Source of the DNA: Gammaproteobacteria bacterium
Lineage (GTDB): Bacteria > Pseudomonadota > Gammaproteobacteria > CBDBNL01 > JAAOII01
NCBI GenBank assembly: GCA_965207705.1
Contig: OZ242292.1
Span: 1,637,276-1,701,275, forward strand
DNA: 64,000 nucleotides
Direction: 5' to 3'
The position numbers and the translations under genes were made by a program. The notes under the pieces were generated by a model. The model was not told the DNA's origin, made no database searches, and was given only the letters and a program-made list of their open reading frames with translations. The stretch's first letter is position 1. The number at the start of each line of letters is the position of its first letter. Shown in pieces: positions 1 to 9,379 of the stretch.

Positions 1-162
1 CTCATTAAGTGCCGTTCGCTCCCCAGACGAACAGCTTTTGCCCTCAGCCGCAGTCCAGCAGTGTCATCGCGAAGGTAATCCGCTGGGGATTTGTGAATAA
101 TCCGTTGTTGGCAATAATACACTACTAATATACCAGGGGGGTATGAATGCTTGCTATACAGG

Positions 163-300
163 TTTGTAGGGGCGGAGGGCTTTGTTCATCCCCCCCTATA
201 TTCATCCCCCCCTATATTCATCCCCCCTGTATTCATCCTCCCTATATTCATTCTCTCTTGCTCCGCCCGCAAGATGCATAATACTCGCGACAAATCATCC
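163..300. repeat. REP-like palindromic element in which the hairpin loop is expanded by about 5 degenerate tandem copies of a 15-16 bp unit (TTCATCCCCCCCTATA)
   Basis: GTTTGTAGGGGCGGAG ... GCTCCGCCCGCAAGATGCATAATACTCGCGACAAA matches the REP core and tail found at about 9 other sites in this window. Between the two stem arms lies the unit TTCATCCCCCCCTATA repeated in tandem with decay. Confidence 0.8.
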
Positions 301-509
301 CCATGATTGCTTTGCCTGACTTATGCGTCAAACCTGTTCATAAGCTGTTTATAATCTGTGTAAAATCAACACAAATTTTGTCAATAACCTGTCAATAAAC
401 AATAAAAAATTGTTAATAGCTTGTTAGTATATGCTGCTAATGTTCAGCTAATACGCTGCTAATATGCTCATAATATAGCCCTTACACCCCCTCTTTGCGG
501 TATACCCCC

Positions 510-537
510 TTGATTTTTTGTAATTATTCACTATAAA
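510..537 (+). promoter_or_regulatory. putative sigma70-type promoter of clpB (TTGATT-N16-TATAAA) with RBS AAGAGGA at 546-552
   Basis: -35/-10-like hexamers with 16 nt spacing lie about 20 nt upstream of the clpB ATG, with a good Shine-Dalgarno. No convincing sigma32 -10 box (CCCCATNT) was seen. Confidence 0.35.
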
Positions 538-557
538 TAACAATAAGAGGAATTACT

Positions 558-3146
558 ATGCAAATTGAAAAATATACAGACGGATTAAAAGAGGCATTGC
601 AGCAGGCACAGTCGCTGGCAATAGAAAAGGATAATAGCGCTTTGGAGCCAGCGCATCTATTGGCTTCTTTGGTGGATAGCTCTGATAGCTTGTCACATCA
701 ACTATTAAGCAAGCAAAATATATCTTTGGAAGGACTAAACCAAAAACTTGATGGCTTGTTCAGCGAACTTCCTAAAGTTAGTGGTGGCGGCGCTGATAAT
801 CTTGGTGCTTCGCGTGACTTTATTAAGGTTATCAATAAAACCGAAAAATATGCTAAAGACAATGGCGATAGCTATGTATCAGGAGAATGGGTGCTACCAG
901 CTATTTTGGATGCAGGCGGCAAAGAGAAAGATATACTCTATTCGCTGGGGCTGGACAAACAGCGACTGCTGGATGATATACAAAGCATTCGTGGCGATAC
1001 CAAAGTAGACAGCAGCAGCGACCAAAGTGGCGAGGATGCCTTGTCCAAGTATACGATTAATCTTACCGAACGCGCTGCCAAAGGGGATCTGGATCCTGTG
1101 ATAGGGCGCGATGATGAGATTCGCCGCACAATTCAAGTGCTGCAAAGAAGGCGCAAGAATAACCCAGTCCTTATAGGCGACCCAGGAGTTGGCAAGACCG
1201 CTATATTAGAGGGCTTGGCGCAACGGGTGGTGAATCGTGAAGTCCCTCAATCAATGCAATCCAAACAAGTATTATCATTGGATATGGGTTCGTTGCTTGC
1301 TGGCACCAAGTACCGCGGCGACTTTGAAGAAAGGATGAAGGCGCTATTAAAAGAACTCAACAAAAAACAAGGCGAGGTAATTCTGTTCATTGATGAGCTT
1401 CACACTTTGGTGGGAGCAGGCAAGGCGGAAGGGGCAATGGATGCTGGCAACATGCTAAAACCAGCTTTGGCGCGTGGCGATTTGCACTGCGTGGGCGCCA
1501 CCACGCTTAACGAGTATCGCCAGTACATAGAGAAAGATGCGGCGCTTGAAAGACGCTTTCAAAAGGTGTTTGTTGGTGAGCCAAGCCGCGAGGATACAGT
1601 GGCAATTCTTAGGGGGTTGAAAGAAAAATACGAGGTTCATCATGGAGTGGATATTACCGACCCAGCGTTGGTCGCCGCGGTGCGCTTATCAGAAAGGTAT
1701 ATAAGTGATAGGCGTTTGCCAGATAAAGCAATTGATTTGATGGATGAAGCAGCCAGCCGTATTCGCATGGAGATGGACTCCAAGCCCGAAAAATTAGATA
1801 TAGCCGAGCGCCAACTGATTAAATTGAAGATAGAACTTGAGGCATTAAAGCAAGAAGAGGACCCTTCCTCTAAGAAGCGTCTAAAAGAAGTGGAGCAAAT
1901 AATCACAGAGAAAGAGCGTGAGTTTGCTAATCTCAACGAGGTGTTCAAAAAAGAAAAAGCCCACTTGCAAGTTGCGCAAGACATTAAGTCGGAACTTGAC
2001 CAAGCGCGCAGCGAACGAGAAAGCGCTAATCGTGATGGCAACTTAGCCAAGGTTGCCGAGTTGCAGTATGGCACTATTCCATCTTTAGAAAAACGGCTTG
2101 AAGAAAGTTTGAAAGAGGCAAGCAATAAATCCGATACTAACGGAGTGCAAATACGTAGCAAGGTTACAGAAAATGAAATAGCCGAAGTGGTTGCCGCCTG
2201 GACGGGGATACCTGTAGCCCGCATGTTAAAAGGCGAGAAGGCGCGTCTGCTTGATATGGAGAAGCAATTGCAGCAGCAGGTTATCGGACAGGAAGAAGCA
2301 ATTAGCGCTGTCTCTGATACGATTCGCCGCGCTCGCTCGGGGATGGCAGATCCTGAGCGTCCCAATGGTTCGTTTTTATTCCTTGGTCCCACCGGCGTTG
2401 GTAAAACAGAAATGTGTCGCGCTATGGCAGAGTTTCTCTTTGATAGTCGTTCGGCAATGGTGCGCTTGGATATGTCAGAGTTTATGGAAAAGCATAGCGT
2501 AGCTCGTTTAGTGGGGGCGCCTCCTGGTTATGTTGGCTATGATGAAGGAGGGCAATTGACCGAGGCGGTTAGGCGGCGTCCCTATTCTTTAATTCTGTTG
2601 GACGAAGTGGAAAAAGCTCATCCTGATGTATTCAATATATTGCTGCAAGTTTTAGACGATGGACGTTTAACTGATAGTCAAGGACGCACTGTGGATTTTC
2701 GCAATGCTATTATTGTTATGACTTCAAACCTCGGCTCGGATGATATTCGTAAGTTCAAAGATGAGGAGTATGATGTTGTGCATGACATAGTAATGCAACA
2801 TGTTAATAAGCATTTTCGTCCCGAGTTTGTGAATCGGATTGATGAGATTATTGTATTTCGCAATCTGAAGAAAGAACAACTTAAGGCAATTGCTGATTTA
2901 CAGATTAAGCTACTACAACATCGCTTGACAGAGCAATATGAGATTAAGCTGAGTATAGCAGATGCTGCCATGGATGCTCTGATTAATATGGGCTTTGATG
3001 AGGTGTTTGGGGCGCGTCCGTTAAAACGCACTATCCAGAAGAATATTGAGAATCTACTTGCCGCAAAAATATTAGGAGGTGAGTTACAGCCCGGCAGCAG
3101 CGTTAAGGTGGACTACCTTGACAAACATTTCGTTATAGCAAAATAA
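558..3146 (+). CDS. clpB: ATP-dependent chaperone ClpB (Hsp100 disaggregase)
   Basis: 862 aa with an N-domain and two AAA+ modules: Walker A GDPGVGKT and GPTGVGKT, a middle coiled-coil region, and a C-terminal small domain. Diagnostic ClpB motifs are present throughout. Confidence 0.97.
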   Translation: MQIEKYTDGLKEALQQAQSLAIEKDNSALEPAHLLASLVDSSDSLSHQLLSKQNISLEGLNQKLDGLFSELPKVSGGGADNLGASRDFIKVINKTEKYAKDNGDSYVSGEWVLPAILDAGGKEKDILYSLGLDKQRLLDDIQSIRGDTKVDSSSDQSGEDALSKYTINLTERAAKGDLDPVIGRDDEIRRTIQVLQRRRKNNPVLIGDPGVGKTAILEGLAQRVVNREVPQSMQSKQVLSLDMGSLLAGTKYRGDFEERMKALLKELNKKQGEVILFIDELHTLVGAGKAEGAMDAGNMLKPALARGDLHCVGATTLNEYRQYIEKDAALERRFQKVFVGEPSREDTVAILRGLKEKYEVHHGVDITDPALVAAVRLSERYISDRRLPDKAIDLMDEAASRIRMEMDSKPEKLDIAERQLIKLKIELEALKQEEDPSSKKRLKEVEQIITEKEREFANLNEVFKKEKAHLQVAQDIKSELDQARSERESANRDGNLAKVAELQYGTIPSLEKRLEESLKEASNKSDTNGVQIRSKVTENEIAEVVAAWTGIPVARMLKGEKARLLDMEKQLQQQVIGQEEAISAVSDTIRRARSGMADPERPNGSFLFLGPTGVGKTEMCRAMAEFLFDSRSAMVRLDMSEFMEKHSVARLVGAPPGYVGYDEGGQLTEAVRRRPYSLILLDEVEKAHPDVFNILLQVLDDGRLTDSQGRTVDFRNAIIVMTSNLGSDDIRKFKDEEYDVVHDIVMQHVNKHFRPEFVNRIDEIIVFRNLKKEQLKAIADLQIKLLQHRLTEQYEIKLSIADAAMDALINMGFDEVFGARPLKRTIQKNIENLLAAKILGGELQPGSSVKVDYLDKHFVIAK

Positions 3147-3234
3147 CTCTCATAAATAATGTGCGGAGGCACAAGGTGCATGGGGACGCATACAAGCATA
3201 TATAGATTAAGTATTTTTGCTATATAATAACCAC

Positions 3235-4518
3235 ATGCAATTAAAAGCTAATTCTCATATTGACGACCTAAGCAAATATGTCGCCGATATCGCTTCAGCT
3301 GCTCGCACTGCGGCAGCAATTATGGCAGCTGCCCCTACAGCGCAAAAAAATCATGCTCTACTCATAGCGGCTGACCTACTTGAAAAACAACGCAATAATG
3401 TTCTTGCTGCCAATAGCAAGGATATGGATAATGCCCAAAGTAACAATCTCGCTACGCCATTGTTAGAGCGTCTGGCTTTAAATGATGAAACCATTAATTC
3501 CATGATAACTTCGCTTAAGCAGGTTGCATCCTTGGCTGACCCTATTGGCGCAATCAGCGAAATGAAGTACCTGCCAAGCGGCATAAGAGTTGGCAAGATG
3601 AGGGTTCCGCTTGGAGTTGTCGGCATTATTTATGAGTCGCGTCCTAATGTTACCACTGATGCCGCTTCGCTGTGTTTGAAGTCAGGTAATGCCTGTATTC
3701 TACGTGGCGGCTCTGAAGCAATTAATTCCAACATGGCAATAGCGGAGATTATGCAAAATGCCTTGACTAAGGCAGGCCTTCCAGCGGCAGCAGCTACTCA
3801 GGTGCAGTCCACTGACCGCGCTATTATTTCGCATTTAATTTCCACTACAGATTATTTGGATGTCCTAATACCGCGCGGTGGCAAAGGACTTATTGAAAAA
3901 ATTAGCAGCGAGTCGCAGGTGAATGTTATCAAACATCTTGATGGCAACTGCCACGTGTATGTTGATAAGGACGCCAATTTAGAAATGGCGTTGAAGATAT
4001 CAGTAAACGCCAAGACCAGACGTTATGGAGTGTGCAATGCTATGGAGAGTTTGTTGGTGCATAAGCAAGTTGCCGCAGATTTTCTGCCACAGCTGGCGGG
4101 TGAATTGCAGCAGCATAAAGTTGAATTACGCGGCTGTCCGCGCGCTTGCCAGATATTGGCAAATATTAATCAGGCAACTGAGGATGATTGGTCTGAGGAA
4201 TACCTGGCTCCTATATTATCAATAAAAGTGGTAGATGATCTTAGTGCGGCTATTACGCATATTAATCAATACTCCTCGCATCACACAGATGCAATAATCA
4301 CTGATATGCATCCCAGTGGTGAGTTATTTATAAGAGGAGTGGATTCAAGCTCAGTTATGTGGAACGCCTCAACATCTTTTGCCGATGGTTTTGAATATGG
4401 TCTCGGCGCTGAGGTGGGAATTTCCACCGATAAGTTTCATGCGCGCGGACCAGTTGGTTTGGAAGGGCTAACCTGCCAGAAATTCGTAGTGTTAGGCACG
4501 GGCGAAACCCGCAACTAA
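3235..4518 (+). CDS. proA: gamma-glutamyl phosphate reductase ProA
   Basis: Aldehyde dehydrogenase-fold protein with ProA-typical segments ([39 protein letters not shown], catalytic Cys region [11 protein letters not shown]). The ORF track starts at a TTG at 3217; the ATG at 3235 is the more likely start. Confidence 0.93.
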   Translation: MQLKANSHIDDLSKYVADIASAARTAAAIMAAAPTAQKNHALLIAADLLEKQRNNVLAANSKDMDNAQSNNLATPLLERLALNDETINSMITSLKQVASLADPIGAISEMKYLPSGIRVGKMRVPLGVVGIIYESRPNVTTDAASLCLKSGNACILRGGSEAINSNMAIAEIMQNALTKAGLPAAAATQVQSTDRAIISHLISTTDYLDVLIPRGGKGLIEKISSESQVNVIKHLDGNCHVYVDKDANLEMALKISVNAKTRRYGVCNAMESLLVHKQVAADFLPQLAGELQQHKVELRGCPRACQILANINQATEDDWSEEYLAPILSIKVVDDLSAAITHINQYSSHHTDAIITDMHPSGELFIRGVDSSSVMWNASTSFADGFEYGLGAEVGISTDKFHARGPVGLEGLTCQKFVVLGTGETRN

Positions 4519-4583
4519 TCATCTAGCTGGGGATGGCGCATACACATCCTTATATTTGGCATTAATTTTTTATTCGTATACAC

Positions 4584-4611
4584 TTGACATTAATTATAAA
4601 GGTGGTATAAT
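4584..4611 (+). promoter_or_regulatory. near-consensus sigma70 promoter (TTGACA-N16-TATAAT) upstream of GLUG lipoprotein paralog 1
   Basis: Perfect -35 TTGACA at 4584-4589 and perfect -10 TATAAT at 4606-4611 with a 16 nt spacer, about 90 nt upstream of the ORF start. Confidence 0.6.
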
Positions 4612-4703
4612 TACTTGTGTTAGTGTAATTGTCACTAATAAGTGACGGTTGACTTATATTGTTTTACAGGTTGGTGAAATAGATAAGTAGATAACGAATC
4701 ACA

Positions 4704-6179
4704 TTGAGCTATGTTATGTATAATCTTTTTAGAAAGACGAATGTCTTAGGACGTTGCGTGTTTAATGGGGATGCCACTCAGGTAGAACAAACTACCTCAA
4801 CTAACCTTTATATTAACTGCTACATAAGAATCAGGCGATATATACTTTTTCTTGTTACCCCTATAATTCTCTTCTCTTTAATCTCTTGTACCTTAGATGT
4901 AGCTAGCACTGATGATGAGTCGCCAACATCACCTCCCTCCAGCTCTAGTAGTGTTACTGCCAAAGGGTTGAGTTCTAATTATGTAAGCATATCCTGGGAT
5001 AGCGTCTTGGGTGCCACATACTATCAAGTATATAGCAGCACAGGGTTATTAGTTGCCACTGTTTTCCTTCCTGTCACTAATTATATTGTCACAGGTCTTT
5101 TGCCCAATACTGAATACATCTACCATGTAAGAGCATGTAATGTATCGGGCTGTTCAGATTTGACCAGCGTCTCCGCAACTACTGAGACCCCACCCATTAT
5201 CAATGGTACCGCTGAAGTTCCGCCCATCATCGATGTTACCGCGGAAGTTCCACCTGTCATTAATGTTACTGCTGAAGTTTCGCCTGTCATTAATGTTACT
5301 GCTGAAGTTCCAACTATCATCAGCAATGCCGCTGAACTTGCGGCTATTGGCACTAATAGCTCCACTTTATCTGGCGACTATATTCTAACTGGGAATATAG
5401 ACCTATCCACGATATCCAATTGGCGACCCATTGGCGATAACCCATCTAACGGATTTACTGGCAGTTTTGATGGTAATGGCTATAGCATAAGCGGGCTAAG
5501 TAGTTCGGGTTATGAATATGCCGGTTTGTTTGGCTATGTAAAAGACGCCTATATAAGTAATATTGGAGTTATAGCTGGCAATATATCCTCTTCTAATACT
5601 TTCGCTTCTTCAGCAGGAGGATTAGTTGGCTATGCTTATTATAGTGATATTAGCAACTCTTATGCAGTAGTTACGGACGATATATCCGCTTATGATGGAG
5701 GAGGGTTGGTTGGCTATGCTTATTATAGTGATATTAGCAACTCTTATGCAATGGTTGCGGATGATATATCTGCTTATGATAATTATGGTTCTTCGGCAGG
5801 AGGGTTGGTTGGCAAATTTAATGATAGTAAGATTAGTAATTCTTATGCAGTAGTTGCAGGTGATATATCTGCTTCTGATGATTACGGTTCTTTGGCGGGA
5901 GGGTTGATTGGCTATTTTGTTTACAGCTTTATATCAGTGGATTACGTTAATAAGGGCGCTCCAGTTAGTAATTCTTATTACAGCGCTAGCCGTGAATATT
6001 CGCAAGGGAGTTTTAGTAACTCTTTTGGAACTTATCAGACAGTTGATGAACTGCGCGCCTTAACTGCTGTGTCTACTGGCTGGGATGGGGCTATCTGGAA
6101 TTTTGGCACTGATGCCGACCTGCCAATGTTGGTTGCTACTCCTCTTACTGTGCCTTTGCCAAGTATTTTCCATGAATAG
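4704..6179 (+). CDS. surface lipoprotein with an FN3-like domain, five 10-aa tandem repeats and GLUG-motif beta-helix repeats (paralog 1 of 3)
   Basis: Internal lipoprotein signal (RIRRYILFLVTPIILFSLISC lipobox) at aa about 45-63. An FN3-like segment is followed by TAEVPPIINV x5. Then comes the conserved PTIISNAAELAAI...YILTGNIDLS...WRPIG...FTGSFDGNGYSISGL module and repeated GGLVGYAYYSDISNSYAVV (GLUG-type) units. The true start is unclear: no ATG, GTG or TTG lies immediately before the signal peptide. Confidence 0.75.
   Translation: MSYVMYNLFRKTNVLGRCVFNGDATQVEQTTSTNLYINCYIRIRRYILFLVTPIILFSLISCTLDVASTDDESPTSPPSSSSSVTAKGLSSNYVSISWDSVLGATYYQVYSSTGLLVATVFLPVTNYIVTGLLPNTEYIYHVRACNVSGCSDLTSVSATTETPPIINGTAEVPPIIDVTAEVPPVINVTAEVSPVINVTAEVPTIISNAAELAAIGTNSSTLSGDYILTGNIDLSTISNWRPIGDNPSNGFTGSFDGNGYSISGLSSSGYEYAGLFGYVKDAYISNIGVIAGNISSSNTFASSAGGLVGYAYYSDISNSYAVVTDDISAYDGGGLVGYAYYSDISNSYAMVADDISAYDNYGSSAGGLVGKFNDSKISNSYAVVAGDISASDDYGSLAGGLIGYFVYSFISVDYVNKGAPVSNSYYSASREYSQGSFSNSFGTYQTVDELRALTAVSTGWDGAIWNFGTDADLPMLVATPLTVPLPSIFHE
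5190..5339 (+). repeat. 5 tandem 30-bp repeats (encoding TAEVPPIINV-like decapeptides) inside GLUG paralog 1
   Basis: ccacccattatcaatggtaccgctgaagtt repeated with a few substitutions five times. The last unit diverges into the conserved IISNAAEL module, so it is a possible VNTR or contingency repeat. Confidence 0.85.
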
Positions 6180-6321
6180 AATTATTATGGGCGAGGAGCT
6201 ATTTGCATCCCCCTGGTTCACCTCATTCTAGCCCCACATATATAAGAGATTTGTTATATAATAGGGCTATGCAACTTAAAGCTGGTTCTATTAGTGTAAC
6301 CCTCACAAGTCCTTTCCGCCT

Positions 6322-7104
6322 TTGAAATCATTTGCTTTTTTGGGTGGCGCCTTTGACCCTATTCATATAGGGCACTTAAGAATACTCATTGCGCTTAATG
6401 AGATTTTTAACTACACCAAACTATTCATAATGCCTTATGCTGTTTCTCCCACCGCTAAGGCATCGATTGCAGATGTCCCATCAAGGTTGGCGATGGCGGA
6501 GTTGGCGCTGAAAGGTTATAATAATTTTGCGCTGGAAAAAATTGAGGCAGCTTATGCCAACCGGGGGGACATAATGCGGGGGGATACAATAGATGCGAAC
6601 ACCAAGGAGGTAACTGCCAATTACACCGTAGATACTTTAACCCAACTGCGCCAACTTCATGGCGATGATTGTCATTTTAGTTTTATAGTGGGTGATGATG
6701 TTTATGCATCTTTGGATGAGTGGCATAAGTGGCAATCGTTATTTAACCTAACTAATATTTTGGTTATTAATAGACACGATACCTCGCCGAGCGCTGCGGT
6801 GATAAGTAACGAAAAGGGGAAGATTATTAGCAAGCAGATTGATGCGACTAAGTTATCCAATCCTAATAATTCCTCTAAATACTCACAAGATATAAACCAA
6901 GTCCATCAAGTAAACGACATGCTTAATCCGTGTGATGAGTTTATTTCCTGCCCTAATGGCGGTATAATAAAGGTTAAACTACCTGTGCTTGATATTTCCT
7001 CTTCTGATATTCGCGCTAAATTAGCGGCTGGCGAAGATACTTCATTCTTAGTTCCGCCACAGGTGTTTGAATATATTAAAATCAATCAACTATATAGAGG
7101 ATAA
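6322..7104 (+). CDS. nadD: nicotinate-nucleotide adenylyltransferase NadD (TTG start, with about 45-aa insertion)
   Basis: The N-terminus AFLGGAFDPIHIGHL is the (H/T)xGH nucleotidyltransferase motif typical of NadD, and the C-terminal SSSDIR motif is present. The gene sits in the conserved nadD-rsfS neighbourhood. At 260 aa it is longer than the usual roughly 215 aa because of a low-complexity insert. Confidence 0.85.
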   Translation: MKSFAFLGGAFDPIHIGHLRILIALNEIFNYTKLFIMPYAVSPTAKASIADVPSRLAMAELALKGYNNFALEKIEAAYANRGDIMRGDTIDANTKEVTANYTVDTLTQLRQLHGDDCHFSFIVGDDVYASLDEWHKWQSLFNLTNILVINRHDTSPSAAVISNEKGKIISKQIDATKLSNPNNSSKYSQDINQVHQVNDMLNPCDEFISCPNGGIIKVKLPVLDISSSDIRAKLAAGEDTSFLVPPQVFEYIKINQLYRG

Positions 7105-7461
7105 ATGGAAGATAAAAAACAGGATATGAATAGCAAGGATATAGCAAGTTTCCTACTTGCGGCAATGGAGGATATAAAAGCGGATAATCCAGTTTGTATG
7201 GATGTGCGCGAAATAACTGATATAACCGATTATATGCTGGTGGCAGCTGGTTCTTCTAGTCGTCATATTAAGGGTATATGCAGTCGCATATTAGAGGCGG
7301 CAAAACAGAATAATGTGGAAGTGTTAGGAGTTGAGGGTGAAGATAGTAAAGAATGGGTGCTGATAGACCTAAACTCAGTTATAGCCCATGTTATGTCTTC
7401 TGAGCAAAGGGAACTTTATCAGCTGGAATCATTATGGAGCGTCCCGCCTGAAAGCAAGTGA
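7105..7461 (+). CDS. rsfS: ribosomal silencing factor RsfS (Iojap/YbeB)
   Basis: 118 aa with an Iojap-like core (MLVAAGSSSRHIKGICSRILEAAK ... WVLIDLNSVIAHVM) in the conserved position after nadD. Confidence 0.88.
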   Translation: MEDKKQDMNSKDIASFLLAAMEDIKADNPVCMDVREITDITDYMLVAAGSSSRHIKGICSRILEAAKQNNVEVLGVEGEDSKEWVLIDLNSVIAHVMSSEQRELYQLESLWSVPPESK

Positions 7462-7522
7462 TGAAAGCGGACGATTATGTAATAAGCTATATTTGACTTA
7501 TTCCCATATATAATTACTAATA

Positions 7523-9379
7523 ATGGCATTTTTTTCAAGCAAGGCGATAAGAAACCAGGTAGAGGAGAATAGAATCTTCCGCGTCCGTATAGGAGTGCTT
7601 AGTTTCATGCTTCTGATAATGTTTGTCGTAATATTGTCAAGAGTTGCCTACTTGCAATTAATCAACTATGATGAACAGATTAGTCGCGCTGAGGATTACC
7701 ACATAAGATTACGCACCATAACCCCAGAAAGAGGATTAGTGTATGATGCCAAAGGACGGTTATTGGCGGGCAACATATTATCTTATGCTTTATATATCCA
7801 TCCTCTTAAGATAAAGAACACAGAGCTTCTTATAAAGGGGATTGGAAAATTGCTCCCATTGAAAGAAGAAGCACTCCAAAGTTTTTATAAAGAGCTGGCA
7901 AATGTCAGAAGACGTAATCAGCTAATCTTGCTGCATGAAGTCCTTACCGAAGAAGAAATTGCCAAATTAATGGTTAATCGCTATAGATTATCTGGCATTG
8001 ATATTCAGCCACATTTTCAGAGATTTTATCCACAGGGGGAGTTAGTGAGTCATGCGATTGGTTACACAGGAATAGTATCGGATAAGGATAAGCAGAATAT
8101 TAATCTTGAATATTATAGCGACCTGAACAGAATAGGTAAATTAGGACTTGAACGTTTTTACGAAAAGGAGCTAAGAGGTGTTCCAGGTGTAGAAGAAGTT
8201 GGAGTTAATGCTTATGGCAGAGTAGTGGAAGTATATCGTCAGGAAAGACCACAAAGAGGGCTTGATATGTCGTTATGGCTTGATATGAGTATTCAAGAAT
8301 TTGTGTGGGATGTGCTTGGAGATAAAAAAGGGACGATTATAGTTTTGGATGCTAATAGCGGCGGGATTGTTTCAATGATTAGCAAACCATCTTATGATAA
8401 TAACAAGTTTGTTGCGGGGATTAGTCGCGCCGAGTTTGCTAAGCTGCGCAATCAGAAGTCCGCTCCATTACTTAACCGCGCAGTTGCTGGCAGATACCCG
8501 CCTGGCTCAACAATTAAGCCATTTTATTCCATCATTGCTTTGAGCAATGAAGTGGTTACACCTAAAGATACTATATTTGATGAAGGATATTTTAGCCCGC
8601 CTAATAGTGATATTGTATTTCGTAATTGGAAGAGATCGGGGCACGGCGAGGTTAATCTAAAACGGGCTATACGAGTGTCTTCAGACACATACTTTTATAA
8701 TCTGGCAGCCAACATGGGCTATGATTTGATGAGAGAAGGTCTTGAGAGATTTGGCTTTGGTAAAAAAAGCGCTCATGATATCCATGATGAATTAACCTTA
8801 CCCCTACCGACCGAACAATGGAAAATGGAAAAGTATAATCTTCCTTGGTTTCCTGGCGATACAGTTAATATGGGAATAGGGCAAGGGTATTTTGTATCCA
8901 CCCCTATGCAGCTGGCAGCTGCAACTTTAATTTTGGTTAACAAGGGCAAGAATATTAGACCGCGTCTGGTTAAACAAATTGCAACAGAGGCAATGTATGA
9001 AGGATCTCCAGATATGGCAATTAGTTCCGATGAAAAGAATTGGGACTTGGTCTTCGCAGGCATGGAGGAAGTTATGCATCACAAAGAAGGAACTGCAAGA
9101 AGAGCGGGCTATAATGCCGCCTATAGAATGGCTGGAAAAACAGGGACCTCGCAAGTGATATCTCTTAAAATTATTGAAGCAGCAAAAAGTGAGGGGCGGG
9201 AAATAAGGGAAGAGTGGGAAGACCATGCTTCGTTCACTGGATATGTGCCAGCAGATGACCCTAAGTATATAGTCACAGTTGTGTTAGAAAATGGCGGTTC
9301 TGGTTCTCGTGCTGCTCTGCTTGCAAGAGAAGTGACGGATTATCTAATATTAGGAGAAGATAAAATTGGGTTGAAATAA
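7523..9379 (+). CDS. mrdA: peptidoglycan D,D-transpeptidase PBP2 (MrdA)
   Basis: 618 aa with an N-terminal TM anchor, a PBP dimerisation domain and a transpeptidase domain (STIKP active-site serine motif, SSD, KTGT), located upstream of rodA. Confidence 0.92.
   Translation: MAFFSSKAIRNQVEENRIFRVRIGVLSFMLLIMFVVILSRVAYLQLINYDEQISRAEDYHIRLRTITPERGLVYDAKGRLLAGNILSYALYIHPLKIKNTELLIKGIGKLLPLKEEALQSFYKELANVRRRNQLILLHEVLTEEEIAKLMVNRYRLSGIDIQPHFQRFYPQGELVSHAIGYTGIVSDKDKQNINLEYYSDLNRIGKLGLERFYEKELRGVPGVEEVGVNAYGRVVEVYRQERPQRGLDMSLWLDMSIQEFVWDVLGDKKGTIIVLDANSGGIVSMISKPSYDNNKFVAGISRAEFAKLRNQKSAPLLNRAVAGRYPPGSTIKPFYSIIALSNEVVTPKDTIFDEGYFSPPNSDIVFRNWKRSGHGEVNLKRAIRVSSDTYFYNLAANMGYDLMREGLERFGFGKKSAHDIHDELTLPLPTEQWKMEKYNLPWFPGDTVNMGIGQGYFVSTPMQLAAATLILVNKGKNIRPRLVKQIATEAMYEGSPDMAISSDEKNWDLVFAGMEEVMHHKEGTARRAGYNAAYRMAGKTGTSQVISLKIIEAAKSEGREIREEWEDHASFTGYVPADDPKYIVTVVLENGGSGSRAALLAREVTDYLILGEDKIGLK

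Noticed and set aside
1640-2392. 250-aa antisense ORF inside clpB, and similar long antisense ORFs at 28673-29113, 54627-55037, 58775-59188, 38354-38809 and 51264-51644
   Set aside because: They are shadow ORFs opposite highly conserved, confidently assigned genes. Their composition is low-complexity and Ser/Arg-rich, typical of antisense frames.
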